NCBI GenBank assembly: GCA_040755995.1 | Contig: JBFMAF010000008.1 | Coordinates: 192,001 to 256,000 of the forward strand | DNA from: Acidobacteriota bacterium | Lineage (GTDB): Bacteria > Acidobacteriota > CAIWXX01 | Direction of reading: 5' to 3' | Length of the DNA: 64,000 nucleotides | In this document: in pieces, positions 10,182-20,110 of the stretch | Position numbering within the stretch: the stretch's first letter is position 1 | How the letters are laid out: each line of letters starts with the position of its first letter | Made by a program: the position numbers and the translations under genes | The notes under the pieces: model-generated | Databases searched by the model: none | Seen by the model: the letters and a program-made list of their open reading frames with translations, nothing else | Told to the model about the DNA's origin: nothing

Positions 10182-11948
10182 TCACAGGATATCGCGCCAT
10201 GGAGGCGAGACCGAGAACGCGGCATGAATGAGGCCGACGTGCGAGTAGGCCTGTGGGAAATTGCCCCACATCCGCCGCGTGAGCGGATCGTAGTCTTCGG
10301 ACATGAGGCCGAGCGGCGAACGAGCCGATAGCGCAGTCTCGAACACAGCCTTGGCCTCCGCGGTTCGACCGAGCGCCGCCAGAGCCTGGGCCAGCCAGAA
10401 TGTGCAGATGGTGAAGGCGACTGAGGGCACACCGAGGCCGTCGTCAGACTGATACCTGAGAACCCATCCGCCGCGGCCGAGTTGGCGCGCCACTGCGTCG
10501 ACAGTGGCGATGAGCCTCTCATCACCGGGCGGCAGGAAGTGCAGCATCGGCAGATTCAATAGCGCAGCGTCCAGATCCGAGCCTCCGTAGGTCGCCGCAA
10601 AACCACCCGGACTTTCGTTCCACGCGCCGGAGAGGATCTCACGACGGATGTTATCCGCGGCGTCGACATAGAACTGCCGCCGCTCCGGAAGGTGTCGCCC
10701 GGCCACCAGCGCCATGCGATCCGCGGCCGCCCAACACATCACGCTGGAGAACGTCTGCGGCCTGGCTTCCCGGCGGTACTCCCATATCCCCGCATCCGGC
10801 GTGCCTGCCACGGATATGGCCTTCTGCGCAAGCCTGTCGATGAGCTCCAACATGATCGACGTCTGTTCCGCCCGAAACCGATCGTCCAGAAACACGGGAG
10901 CAAGGGCCAGGACCAGCTCTCCGAATATGTCATTCTGCCGCTGCCGCGCGGCAAGATTGCCTATGCGCACGGGCTTCTCGTCAGAATAGCCCGCCCAGCC
11001 TTCAAGGACCCTCTCGTCCAAGTCCCCTGTTCCGTCGATCCTGTAAAGCGGGGCCAGATCCAGGTTCGAATTCCCGGCGACTACGTTGAACAGGTACTGT
11101 ACAAAGCTCTCGCGCTCCTCAAACTGCCCCAGCAGGCGGAACGCACCGAGCACGTGAAATGCATCCCTGAGCCAACAGTATCTGTAGTCCCACGTCCGGC
11201 CGCTTCCGGGCGACTCCGGGATCGAAGTGGTGGTGGCCGCGACAATCGCCCCGGTGTCTTCGAAGCAGTGCAGCTTGAGGGCTAGCGCCGAACGGATCAC
11301 TTCTTCCTGATACAGAGGTGGAACGTCGCAGTGCTTCACCCATCTCTGCCAGTACCGCACGGTCTCGGTCAGAAAGCGATCACAGAGCGCAGGCAGCGAT
11401 TCCTCGACACTTGCCCCCCACGAGAGCAGGAAATGACGCCGTTCAGTCAGCGCGAACGGCTGGCCGCCCAGATACGAGAGCGGGACGTCGGTCCAAAGTC
11501 GAAGAGGATCGGCGAAGTTGTCGTATCGGACGTGGTTGGAGCCCAGCACGGCAGAAGGAACGCCGCGGTCCCATCCGCGGCGCGGCTCGCAGTACGCACG
11601 TACGCGCGGCATTCCTCCCAACGGCTCCAATATTCGCACGATTTGGGTGGGGTGAAAGCGCCTTCCATATTGCCCGAAACGGGGCGCAAAATCGATCACG
11701 CGAAACGCTCCGTCGCTCGCCCGAAACTCCGTGACCAGAACATTCGTGTTAGGGAGATACCGTTGCTTCCCACTTTCACCGCCTGCCGGCGCCACGAGGA
11801 AACGCCCGCCGTGGCGGGCGTCGAGCAGGGTCGAAAACACCGGCTCGGAATCGAACCTCGGAAGGCAGCACCAGACTATCTCTCCCGATTGATGCACGAG
11901 GGCCGCGAATTGGCAGTTGCCAATGAGACCCAGTTCTTCGAGTCGCAT
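10182..11948 (-). CDS. Glycoside hydrolase family 15 (trehalase/glucoamylase-like)
   Basis: 'GAIVAATTTSIPE', 'WDYRYCWLRD', 'GIWEYR', 'GNFPQAYSHVG'. Start placed at MRLEELGLIGN. Confidence 0.92.
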   Translation of the reverse strand: MRLEELGLIGNCQFAALVHQSGEIVWCCLPRFDSEPVFSTLLDARHGGRFLVAPAGGESGKQRYLPNTNVLVTEFRASDGAFRVIDFAPRFGQYGRRFHPTQIVRILEPLGGMPRVRAYCEPRRGWDRGVPSAVLGSNHVRYDNFADPLRLWTDVPLSYLGGQPFALTERRHFLLSWGASVEESLPALCDRFLTETVRYWQRWVKHCDVPPLYQEEVIRSALALKLHCFEDTGAIVAATTTSIPESPGSGRTWDYRYCWLRDAFHVLGAFRLLGQFEERESFVQYLFNVVAGNSNLDLAPLYRIDGTGDLDERVLEGWAGYSDEKPVRIGNLAARQRQNDIFGELVLALAPVFLDDRFRAEQTSIMLELIDRLAQKAISVAGTPDAGIWEYRREARPQTFSSVMCWAAADRMALVAGRHLPERRQFYVDAADNIRREILSGAWNESPGGFAATYGGSDLDAALLNLPMLHFLPPGDERLIATVDAVARQLGRGGWVLRYQSDDGLGVPSVAFTICTFWLAQALAALGRTAEAKAVFETALSARSPLGLMSEDYDPLTRRMWGNFPQAYSHVGLIHAAFSVSPPWRDIL

Positions 11949-12251
11949 CGCTTGAGCTATGTGTTCTTCTGACAAGAGCCGACTCCGGCAGAATGCAGTA
12001 TGGGACGCGAGCGCGTATCCTGATGGCACTCTCTCTGCATCCGTGGACGTGAGTGCATGATCGCCGGCTGCATCACCTCTGACCTCTCGTCCCACACCAC
12101 CAACTCATTCTAGCCAGCCCAACGGCAAGTTGGAATGGCGATGCCACCGGACTACGGAACCCGCGGCCATTGACTCGGCGGAACCATCGTCTATCATCAG
12201 TACCTTGGGCATGCGGGCACCTGATCGAGGGCGGACTCTGGAGGACAGGCT

Positions 12252-14513
12252 GTGCGACTGATCTTGCGGTTCATCATGCCGCTGCTTTGCGTGCTCGGCC
12301 TTCTCGTCTGGATCGCCTCCGTCCTCGTGAGCGACACATTCCGGAGGTGGTCGGAGAGGGACATGCGCCTTCGCGCCGACCTGGCGGCGAACAGCGCTCG
12401 TGAGGAGTTGCTCCGTTGTTTGCACCAGAACGACTCCTCCGAGATGTCTCGCGTTCTGGAACAGCTTGTGCGAGACGAGCGGATCATGGGTGCTTCCCTT
12501 TGCGGGTGTGATGGACGATTGATTGCAGCCAGCCCGGAGTTTCCAGCTGGCTACGACTGCAAGTCGGTTGGCGGGCACGTGGTAGTCTCGGGAGGGGTGG
12601 CCGGAGATCCGCCGATGCTGGTTCGGTGGACCGAGGTCAAGGACGGCAGCATCGGCCGGGTGCACGTCAGCGCCATCCCCATCATGGAGAACGAACAGGC
12701 AGCGGGGTTCTTGACCATAGTGCAGGACTTGAGCTTTGTGGCGCGTCGCGAGTCGCAGGTGCGGTTCTTCACGGTGATCGCGTTCACAGTTCTGGCCGTC
12801 TCCGCCTCCGTTCTGACCGTGCTGGTCGCGCGGCTGTCACGACGCACCTGGACGGTGGAAATCAGGCAGATGCTACGCGGCAGGGCTGCTGCGCCTCCCG
12901 AGTTCCAGCCGATCATGCGGGACTTCCGCGAGCTCGTGGCGGAGATCTCGGCGGAAGTTCATGCAGGCGCCCAGGGACGGGTGTGGACGGCCGAGCGGCT
13001 GAGGCAGGTGCTCAGGCAGGAGCTTCACGGCGAACGCGTGATCATCCTCGCAAACCGCCAGCCGTACGTCCATAATCGGGCGAGCGATGGGAAGATCGAA
13101 GTGCAGCACCCTGCGAGCGGCCTTGTCACGGCGCTGGAGCCGATCATGCGAGCATGCTCCGGGGTATGGATCGCTCACGGGAGCGGCTCGGCCGACAGGG
13201 AGGTGACCGACAAGAAGGACTGCGTGCGGGTTCCGCCCGGCGAAGAATCCTACACACTCCGTCGTGTGTGGCTTACGCCCGAGGAGGAGAAGGGGTACTA
13301 CTTCGGATTCGCGAACGAGGGCCTTTGGCCCTTGTGCCATCTGGCCCACGAGCGCCCTGTTTTCCGCAGGTCTGACTGGGCCTATTACCAGAGCGTGAAC
13401 CAGAAGTTCGCTGATGCGCTGGCCGAGGAGATCGACAATGACGACTCGATCATTCTGGTGCAGGACTATCATTACGCTCTGGCGCCATCCATGATTCGCA
13501 AACACGCATCCCGCGCCACCATCCTCACATTCTGGCACATACCCTGGCCCAACTCGGAGAGATTCGGAATCTGTCCGTGGCAGAGGGAACTGCTTCGCGG
13601 TCTCTTGGGGAGCAGCATCCTCGGCTTCCACACGCAGGCGCACTGCAACAACTTCATCGATGCGATTGACAGATACCTGGAAGCAAGAATCGATCGCGAT
13701 CAGCAGGCGGTGATACAGGGAGGGCACAGGACGTTGATCCGGCCGTACCCGATATCGATCGAGTGCCCGAGCCGGTGGATTCGCCATGTGCCGCCCGTGG
13801 CCCAGTGCCGGGAGGAGGTGATCAGCGAATTCAACCTCCCCCGCAACGCCCTGATCGGTGTGGGCATCGACCGGCTCGACTACACGAAAGGCATAGAGGA
13901 GCGGCTGCTGTCGGTCGAAACCCTTCTCGAGAGATTCCCGCAATTTGCAGGCCGCTTCACTTTCATCCAAGTCGCAGCGCCCAGCCGCACGGCCATCGAA
14001 CGATACAAGGCGTATGGGAAGACGATTGAGCAGATGACGGAGGCGATCAACGCGAAATTCCGGCGTGGCGAGTATCGTCCGGTCATCCTTCTGCGCAGAC
14101 ACCACGAGCCGCCCGATGTGATGCGTTTCTACCGGGCGGCCGACCTGTGCTACGTGAGCAGCCTGCATGACGGCATGAATCTTGTGGCCAAGGAGTTTGT
14201 CTCCGCGCGGGATGATGAGCGGGGGGTGCTGGTGTTGAGCCGGTTCACGGGGGCTGCGCGCGAGTTGACCGAGGCTCTCATCGTGAATCCCTACGATATC
14301 GAAGAGGCCAGCTCGGGTCTCGCCGCCGCATTGAACATGAGCGAGGAGGAGCAGAGCGAGCGGATGAGGGCCATGCGGCTGTATCTCACCGAGTTCAATG
14401 TGTACAGATGGGCAGGCAGGATGCTGACCGACGCCGCGCGGCTGCGCCACAGGCATCGCGTCTCGGATCGCCTCATCCCTCATCTCGGTCCAGGAGAGCT
14501 TCCGCTGATATGA
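12252..14513 (+). CDS. otsA: Trehalose-6-phosphate synthase (GT20) with N-terminal membrane/extracytoplasmic module
   Basis: 'SGLVTAL', 'VQDYH', 'FWHIPWP', 'DRLDYTKG', 'DGMNLVAKE'. First ~195 aa contain two TM helices. Confidence 0.9.
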   Translation: MRLILRFIMPLLCVLGLLVWIASVLVSDTFRRWSERDMRLRADLAANSAREELLRCLHQNDSSEMSRVLEQLVRDERIMGASLCGCDGRLIAASPEFPAGYDCKSVGGHVVVSGGVAGDPPMLVRWTEVKDGSIGRVHVSAIPIMENEQAAGFLTIVQDLSFVARRESQVRFFTVIAFTVLAVSASVLTVLVARLSRRTWTVEIRQMLRGRAAAPPEFQPIMRDFRELVAEISAEVHAGAQGRVWTAERLRQVLRQELHGERVIILANRQPYVHNRASDGKIEVQHPASGLVTALEPIMRACSGVWIAHGSGSADREVTDKKDCVRVPPGEESYTLRRVWLTPEEEKGYYFGFANEGLWPLCHLAHERPVFRRSDWAYYQSVNQKFADALAEEIDNDDSIILVQDYHYALAPSMIRKHASRATILTFWHIPWPNSERFGICPWQRELLRGLLGSSILGFHTQAHCNNFIDAIDRYLEARIDRDQQAVIQGGHRTLIRPYPISIECPSRWIRHVPPVAQCREEVISEFNLPRNALIGVGIDRLDYTKGIEERLLSVETLLERFPQFAGRFTFIQVAAPSRTAIERYKAYGKTIEQMTEAINAKFRRGEYRPVILLRRHHEPPDVMRFYRAADLCYVSSLHDGMNLVAKEFVSARDDERGVLVLSRFTGAARELTEALIVNPYDIEEASSGLAAALNMSEEEQSERMRAMRLYLTEFNVYRWAGRMLTDAARLRHRHRVSDRLIPHLGPGELPLI

Positions 14514-15427
14514 TGAACGTTCTCAGCGCCCGCAACCGGCGGCTGATTGGCGAGTTCGCGAGGCTCAATTCGATGCTGGCGCTCGACTTCGACGGCACAC
14601 TGGCTCCGATAATGCGGCGTCCCGAGTCCGCTCGAATGCGGCGCCAAACCAGGGCACTGCTGCAGAAAGCGGCCGCCCTCTATCCGTGCGCTATCATCTC
14701 AGGTCGATCGATCCGAGATCTGAAAACGCGCATCGGCCTGAACGGGGTGACCTCGATGGTGGGAAACCACGGAGCCGAGTGGGAATGGTCACGCCCGGAT
14801 TCCCGTGGGATTGCGCGCGCGAAACGGTGGGCGCAGACGCTCGCGCGCGAGCTGCGCGACTGGCCCGGCGTCGAGATTGAAAACAAGGGGCTCTCATTGG
14901 CAGTGCACTACCGCGGTGCCGCGGATCGCGCGCGGGCCGCGCGGGCAATCAACAGAGCGGCATCCGGACTCGAGGGAACCCATGCGTTCGCCGGGAAATG
15001 CGTCGTGAACATCGTCCCGCGCAATGCGCCGGACAAAGGCACCGCACTCGAGTCAATGCGCCGAATGCTGAGGTGCGATGCGGCGATCTACATAGGCGAC
15101 GATACCACCGATGAATCGGCGTTCCGGTGGAAGGAAAGAGGACGGCTACTGACGGTCCGGATCGGCAAGAGCCGAAGATCATTCGCCGATTTCTATGTTC
15201 GGGACCAGAGGTCCATAGACGCACTGCTGCGGGCGTTGATAAGTGAACGAGAGAAGGCGGCCCCGTGCCGGACCTGCGGATTGATCTACTGCTGCGCCAA
15301 GGCCAGGATAAAGCTCCGAACCGGCCCCCGGTTAGTAGCGACGAGAGGAGCGAAGATGCGGGCGAGAATGCCGCCGCGCCGGAGGACGCCGGCCCTCTGG
15401 AGCGCGATATCGTCATGCCGGTCCTGA
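14510..15427 (+). CDS. otsB: Trehalose-6-phosphate phosphatase (HAD)
   Basis: 'LDFDGTLAP', 'ISGR', 'GNHGAE', 'DKG', 'GDDTTDE'. ATGA overlap with the otsA stop. C-terminus looks extended. Confidence 0.9.
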   Translation: MMNVLSARNRRLIGEFARLNSMLALDFDGTLAPIMRRPESARMRRQTRALLQKAAALYPCAIISGRSIRDLKTRIGLNGVTSMVGNHGAEWEWSRPDSRGIARAKRWAQTLARELRDWPGVEIENKGLSLAVHYRGAADRARAARAINRAASGLEGTHAFAGKCVVNIVPRNAPDKGTALESMRRMLRCDAAIYIGDDTTDESAFRWKERGRLLTVRIGKSRRSFADFYVRDQRSIDALLRALISEREKAAPCRTCGLIYCCAKARIKLRTGPRLVATRGAKMRARMPPRRRTPALWSAISSCRS

Positions 15428-15497
15428 CCGAGGCCTCGCGCCGACGGACCACACCCTGCTGGGCCGGCCCCGAGGGTTCGGAGTCAGGCGCCTCGCA

Positions 15498-16877
15498 TCA
15501 CACTGCCAGCTCTGATCGAAACGGCTGTACCTTGCCGCTGGCCATGCGTTCGCCCAGGGCCGGGTCGAGACGTATATCGATCGGCGACATCACGCCGAAC
15601 AGGGCTGCCAGCCGGCCCGCCAAGGTCTCCGTGTCGACGGAGCCACCCGGAACCGGGCGTAGCGCCAGGTCGCACGAGCCGTCTGCTCGCTGGACAAATT
15701 CGTGCTGGACGATGGGATATTCGCGGATGATTCGCCCGATATCTACGGGGCAGATCGGCGAGCCGTCGGTGGCTCGGAACATCACAGCCTCGCGCGCCTC
15801 CAGATCGAGCAGGCGCGCGGTCACGCGCCCCTCCGCATTTTCTTCGAAGGACATCCTGGCGAAGTCGCCCGTCCTGTAGCGCAGCAGCGGCAGGTACGGA
15901 TTACGGCCTCCGGTCACGGTGATCTCGCCGCGCGCGGCCGGATAGCCGTCGGCGTCCACGACCTCCACGAACACATCGGGAGGAAACACGACCAGGCCGC
16001 GGCCCCCGGGATCCGAGCAGGCCACAGGCCCCGTCTCTGTCGTGGAGTAGTAGTCGATCACGGGGCAACGGAAGTGCGCCTCCAGTCGCGACTTGAGTGA
16101 GGAGCCCAGCGCCACAGCAGTCGAGACCATTGCCGCAGGCCGGATGGGGATCTTCCATCTCATCAGCTCTGCGAACCCCATGGGGTCGCCCGTGAGGAAC
16201 TGCGGTGCCAGGATCGAGAAGAATCGCCGCGCGTTCTCGACGTCTCGCCATCCGCGCGGGTGCAAGTTGACCTTCGCAAACCCGGCCTGGTTCCAGACTG
16301 AGAACACGTTCGCAAACACCACGGTCGTCGCTTGCGCTCCGACATTGAAGCACGCCACGCCATCCGGTCCGAAATGAGGCCGTACACCGTGTTGTTCGAG
16401 CGCATACTCGATCAACGGATGGTTCTGCGCCATCGTGCGCGGGTGATACGGAACGACGATGGCATGTCCCGTCGTGCCCGATGTGTCATATACGATCATT
16501 CGCGAGATGTCCTCGTCCCAGGGCACGATATCTTCGATGCGGGTCGCGATGTCTTCGCGCGCCATCGTCGGGACGAAGGCCCAGTCCCGCTCGAGGTTCA
16601 TCCCTTCTGGAATATGCCTGCGAAACATGCGTGCTCGTGAACGCATCGCGCGCACCCAGTCCAGTATCTGCGGCGACGGCGCGGGCGATCCGCCGGGACG
16701 CTGCTCGAAGAGCGCCCTTCGGTACGCTTCCACCAGCGGCAAATCCTCGACCCTCACCCGGTCGCCCACCACGTAGCTCCAATACGGCGCATCGGGATGC
16801 TGCTGGATCGACTTGAGCAGGCCGTAGCCGGCCTCGGTGATCAGCGGGTTGCGATCGAGCCTGTCCGCCGGAATCAT
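15498..16877 (-). CDS. Adenylate-forming enzyme, phenylacetate-CoA ligase/CapK-like
   Basis: P-loop 'YDTSGTTG', 'YYSTTETG', 'RYRTGD', C-terminal 'SGK'. Confidence 0.85.
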   Translation of the reverse strand: MIPADRLDRNPLITEAGYGLLKSIQQHPDAPYWSYVVGDRVRVEDLPLVEAYRRALFEQRPGGSPAPSPQILDWVRAMRSRARMFRRHIPEGMNLERDWAFVPTMAREDIATRIEDIVPWDEDISRMIVYDTSGTTGHAIVVPYHPRTMAQNHPLIEYALEQHGVRPHFGPDGVACFNVGAQATTVVFANVFSVWNQAGFAKVNLHPRGWRDVENARRFFSILAPQFLTGDPMGFAELMRWKIPIRPAAMVSTAVALGSSLKSRLEAHFRCPVIDYYSTTETGPVACSDPGGRGLVVFPPDVFVEVVDADGYPAARGEITVTGGRNPYLPLLRYRTGDFARMSFEENAEGRVTARLLDLEAREAVMFRATDGSPICPVDIGRIIREYPIVQHEFVQRADGSCDLALRPVPGGSVDTETLAGRLAALFGVMSPIDIRLDPALGERMASGKVQPFRSELAV

Positions 16878-16882
16878 CCTAC

Positions 16883-16919
16883 TCTCTCCGCGTCTCCGTG
16901 TCCCCGCGGCCCCGCGTCC
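16883..16919 (-). repeat. Octamer tandem repeat (GGACGCGG/GGACACGG type)
   Basis: ctctccgcgtctccgtgtccccgcggccccgcgtcc. Confidence 0.6.
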
Positions 16920-16972
16920 ATTTCCTCCATGCTCCTGCGCCGCATTTCACGCACCCCTGGGCGTCTCATGCG

Positions 16973-17548
16973 TCATTCCCTGCTGGCTCGCGCGGCGGCC
17001 TCGCGTGCAGCCTCTTCCCGCATCTTCTCTCTGAGCTTCCGCGCGCGCTCGAGCTGGTCGCGCGTCTCGCGGATGACGGCCTCGCGCTCGACGCTGTTGA
17101 GCGTCTTCAGCCGGTCGTCCGCCTGTGACTGCGTCTCACCCGCGGGACGCAAACCAAGAGCCGCGAGGCAGTGCCGCACAAGCTCCTCGCGTCTATCCGG
17201 GTCAGACACGAACTGGTCTGCCGACACGAGCTGTGAGAGCGGGCCGAGGCCGAGTCTCAGCCATCCGTAGGCATCGGCGGAGAGGGTCCGCGCCTGTTGA
17301 AACCACTCGTCATGCAGCAACCACGCACCGACCAATACCAGCCGTAGCCAGTTCCGCTCCTTGGGCGACCCCTGGAAATGGCGGGACTCGTCCGCGCTGA
17401 CTGGAGCGCCGCCGAGATCCTGCATCAAGTCGGACACGACCGCATCCACATGCACCCCCTCGCCTCCGGTGAGTCGCGGCTCCGACAGGAACTCTGCGGG
17501 GCAGATCGAGAGACGATGCGTCAGTTTGTCGAGTGCAGGGCCTTCCAT
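16973..17548 (-). CDS. Hypothetical helical protein with C-terminal charged coiled coil
   Basis: Co-oriented within the MoxR-VWA operon; protein-like composition. Confidence 0.75.
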   Translation of the reverse strand: MEGPALDKLTHRLSICPAEFLSEPRLTGGEGVHVDAVVSDLMQDLGGAPVSADESRHFQGSPKERNWLRLVLVGAWLLHDEWFQQARTLSADAYGWLRLGLGPLSQLVSADQFVSDPDRREELVRHCLAALGLRPAGETQSQADDRLKTLNSVEREAVIRETRDQLERARKLREKMREEAAREAAARASRE

Positions 17549-17574
17549 GGACCTATGATGAGACAGAAGATCTC

Positions 17575-17991
17575 TTACCGGGGCTTCGGGCCAGGACGGG
17601 CAATGAAGCGATGCGTGAAGTCCCTGTCCACGGCCAGCGCTTCGCGAATGCCCAGCCGCCCCATCACGACGAAGCTAAGGCAATCCACGAAACTGTGGAC
17701 TTGATCCTTGTGGTGCCTGAAATACTCGAAGGCCATCTGCTCTTCGTCGGGCGTTGCCCAGTGAATACGTGCTAGCTTCCCGCCATAGATTCGCTCGCCC
17801 AGACGCGTAGCCTCTTCGTGCCCCAGCTTGCGCGTGAGTGTAATCGTCTAGGCAATAACGTGGTTCGTTGTCAGGAGCACATCCGAGAGCCGGGCACCCT
17901 TGAAGGCTTCGAACACCTCCAGCACCCGATCGTGGTGCTCATCCCTTTCCGAGACCAGGGCGAAGAGGAAACCGGTATCAAGGAAGATCAC
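17575..17991 (-). pseudogene. vapC: PIN-domain (VapC-like) toxin with an in-frame TAG at codon 48
   Basis: Manual translation: MIFLDTGFLFALV...LLTTNHVIA*TITL...SFVDCLSFVVMGRLGIREALAVDRDF. GTGA overlap with the antitoxin. Absent from the ORF track. Confidence 0.85.
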
Positions 17992-18221
17992 TCGCGCGGT
18001 CGCCCGTAAAGGTAATGGTCGTGGTTTTCACTCATGTCGGGTGGAGCGTCCTTGATGAAGCCGATGAGCTCCTCGGCCGCCCTCCAGCCGGTGGGATCGC
18101 TATCGTCCTGCGGCGTAGCCGTGGGAATGAGCACCTCCACCTCGGCGTGCTCTTCGAGGTGCACAGGCTCCTTGGGCTTGAAGACCCCATGTTCGTGAAT
18201 CGCCTTGATTGCCGTGGCCAT
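17988..18221 (-). CDS. Antitoxin, AF2212/DUF104-like
   Basis: 'MATAIKAIHEHGVFKPKEPVHL..HAEVEV', C-terminal 'DMSENHDHYLYG'; lies directly upstream of the PIN gene. Confidence 0.8.
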   Translation of the reverse strand: MATAIKAIHEHGVFKPKEPVHLEEHAEVEVLIPTATPQDDSDPTGWRAAEELIGFIKDAPPDMSENHDHYLYGRPRE

Positions 18222-18343
18222 GCCTTCACCTCGTTCACATTCTAACACAGGCGGTCTGTATGTTGTTCTCCTGAGCCGCCTCACCGAAATCCGGCGGCAT
18301 CCTCTTTGCATTCGTGGCCACAGAGGCCGGCTGCTCTGGCGGC

Positions 18344-20110
18344 TCACTTCCGTGCCTCCGGCACGGATTCATACTTCGCTCGACTGAAGGCGCGGGCGAA
18401 TGCTACGAGGTCTTCCTGTGTCGCAACCAGGTGGACGTTCCAGCCGATCTGGCGCATCCGCGCAATGCCGTCGGCGTAGCAGGACTCCTGCGCCATATGC
18501 AGCACGAACGTGGCTCCTCCGCGCGCCGTCTTCGCAGCCTGCTCGGCGATCTCCCATCCTGTGCGAACTTCGTCTAGCATGTGGAAGATGTCCGAGTCGG
18601 TCACGATCAGGATGTGGGCCGGCCTCGGCAGCTTCTCGCCATCGAGAAACGTCTCCTTCAATCGTAGTATTCCGAACGAATAGCCCGTGCCGAGATAGCC
18701 GGTGAGCACCTTCATGATCTCGTGGTGGTTGCGCGTGAAGCCGTCGGTGCTGGAGTGTTCCCCGGGCTCGCCCGAAAGCGTCACCATGACTTTGGCGCCC
18801 ACCCTGAGAGCCGACAGCGCGATGATCGCGCCTGCAAGCACCGGATAGGATAGATTGTGCTTGGGATTGAACATCGAGCCCGAGCAGTCGACGCCCAGGT
18901 AGAGATCCACCGGCAGGCGCTCGGGCGAGCTCCCCTCGCTGGTCCCATAGACTCGCTCGACCGTGGTCACTCCCGGAATCACGTGGGGGCTTTTGGTCAG
19001 CGACTCCACCCAGTCAACGTTCTGCAGTGGCGAACCCGCGTCCCAGACGTCGACCCCTTCCGGCAGCGGGTCCTGCGCTTCCTTCACCTCGCGCACCGGG
19101 AAGCGCACCAGGTGCGGGGTCGCCAGCTCGCGGTAGTACCGGATCACCACTTCGTTCTCGCTGAGCTTGACGCCGAGGCTGTCCATGAGCTCCGTGTATT
19201 GCTTCGGCGAACGGTACTGGTTCTTCCTCCCGCCCTTCTCCGCCCTCCCTCCGGCCTGAGGGGAGCTCGAGTCGGATTCCGCTTCCAACCCGCTCAGCTC
19301 CGGGTCTTCCGCCGGATGAATCGCTCCATCGATCTCCGACTCGTCGATTTCCGCCAACCCGTCCGGGATCGAACCACCCTCACCGGCGCGCTGGGTGTCC
19401 AGCCAGGGCGTAAGCACGCCGGCGATCTTCTCCGTCTTCAGCTCCAGCAAGTACGGCAGCAGCAGGCAGGCGAAGCGCCCGGCGCCGTCGAGCCAGTCCT
19501 TCGCATACGCTCGTACGACGCGCGCGCCGAGCTGCGCGTCGCACTGTATCTGGCGATCCTCGATCGCATCCACGAGCTCGCCCGAAGGGAGGCTCCAGAG
19601 CACCTCGTACATCCGCATGTATAGCTTCCACAGGCGGTCTGCATCCGGCCGCTTCAGTTTCCTGTATACCTCCTTCATCTTCAGGCCTGCTGTTCGCTGC
19701 AGGCGATCGTTGATCAGCAGGTCCGTGTAGAGGTTCGACACGAGCGGCGCGAAGCTCTCTCGCGTCGGCAGCCCGGCCCGAATGTGTGCCAGCAGACGAG
19801 CGTTGTCGCGAAGGTCGGCCGGCGCGAGCACGTGATGGCCGACCTCATGCGCCATGATCTCCACCGGGAACGTCTCCAGGCCCAGCTCGCGCACCTGCTT
19901 CAAGCTGATGACGATCGCATGATCATCGAGACGGATCATCGCGAACGAGTCAGTGAGGTGCTCGGCCTTGTCATCCTTCTCGTTCAGACACCAACGGGGC
20001 TCGGTCAGCTTGGTGAACGGACTCCACGCGGCGAGCGCCTCCGGCCACCGCGCCTGCCAGTCGTCCAGCAGGCCCGCCAGGTCGCCTCCTCCGATCACCG
20101 GCCACTTCAC
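18344..20110 (-). CDS. HEXXH metallopeptidase-like domain + C-terminal VWA (MIDAS) protein
   Basis: 'MAHEVGHH'; MIDAS 'VDCSGSM'...'GT'...'IVTDSD'; start overlaps the upstream stop (GTGA). Confidence 0.85.
   Translation of the reverse strand: MKWPVIGGGDLAGLLDDWQARWPEALAAWSPFTKLTEPRWCLNEKDDKAEHLTDSFAMIRLDDHAIVISLKQVRELGLETFPVEIMAHEVGHHVLAPADLRDNARLLAHIRAGLPTRESFAPLVSNLYTDLLINDRLQRTAGLKMKEVYRKLKRPDADRLWKLYMRMYEVLWSLPSGELVDAIEDRQIQCDAQLGARVVRAYAKDWLDGAGRFACLLLPYLLELKTEKIAGVLTPWLDTQRAGEGGSIPDGLAEIDESEIDGAIHPAEDPELSGLEAESDSSSPQAGGRAEKGGRKNQYRSPKQYTELMDSLGVKLSENEVVIRYYRELATPHLVRFPVREVKEAQDPLPEGVDVWDAGSPLQNVDWVESLTKSPHVIPGVTTVERVYGTSEGSSPERLPVDLYLGVDCSGSMFNPKHNLSYPVLAGAIIALSALRVGAKVMVTLSGEPGEHSSTDGFTRNHHEIMKVLTGYLGTGYSFGILRLKETFLDGEKLPRPAHILIVTDSDIFHMLDEVRTGWEIAEQAAKTARGGATFVLHMAQESCYADGIARMRQIGWNVHLVATQEDLVAFARAFSRAKYESVPEARK

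Noticed and set aside
12873..14483. Long antisense ORFs (also 35672-37207, 8779-9957, 43027-44262, 34081-35385)
   Set aside because: They shadow well-supported genes on the opposite strand, as expected at high GC, and carry no motifs.
15260..15427. Cys-rich OtsB tail (CRTC..YCC) as a metal-binding domain
   Set aside because: It looks like read-through into non-coding sequence and cannot be supported without homologues.
17848..17850. Amber recoding (pyrrolysine or alternative genetic code)
   Set aside because: TAG terminates several normal genes here (for example pepD, liuB and the Omp85 gene), so a point nonsense mutation is simpler.
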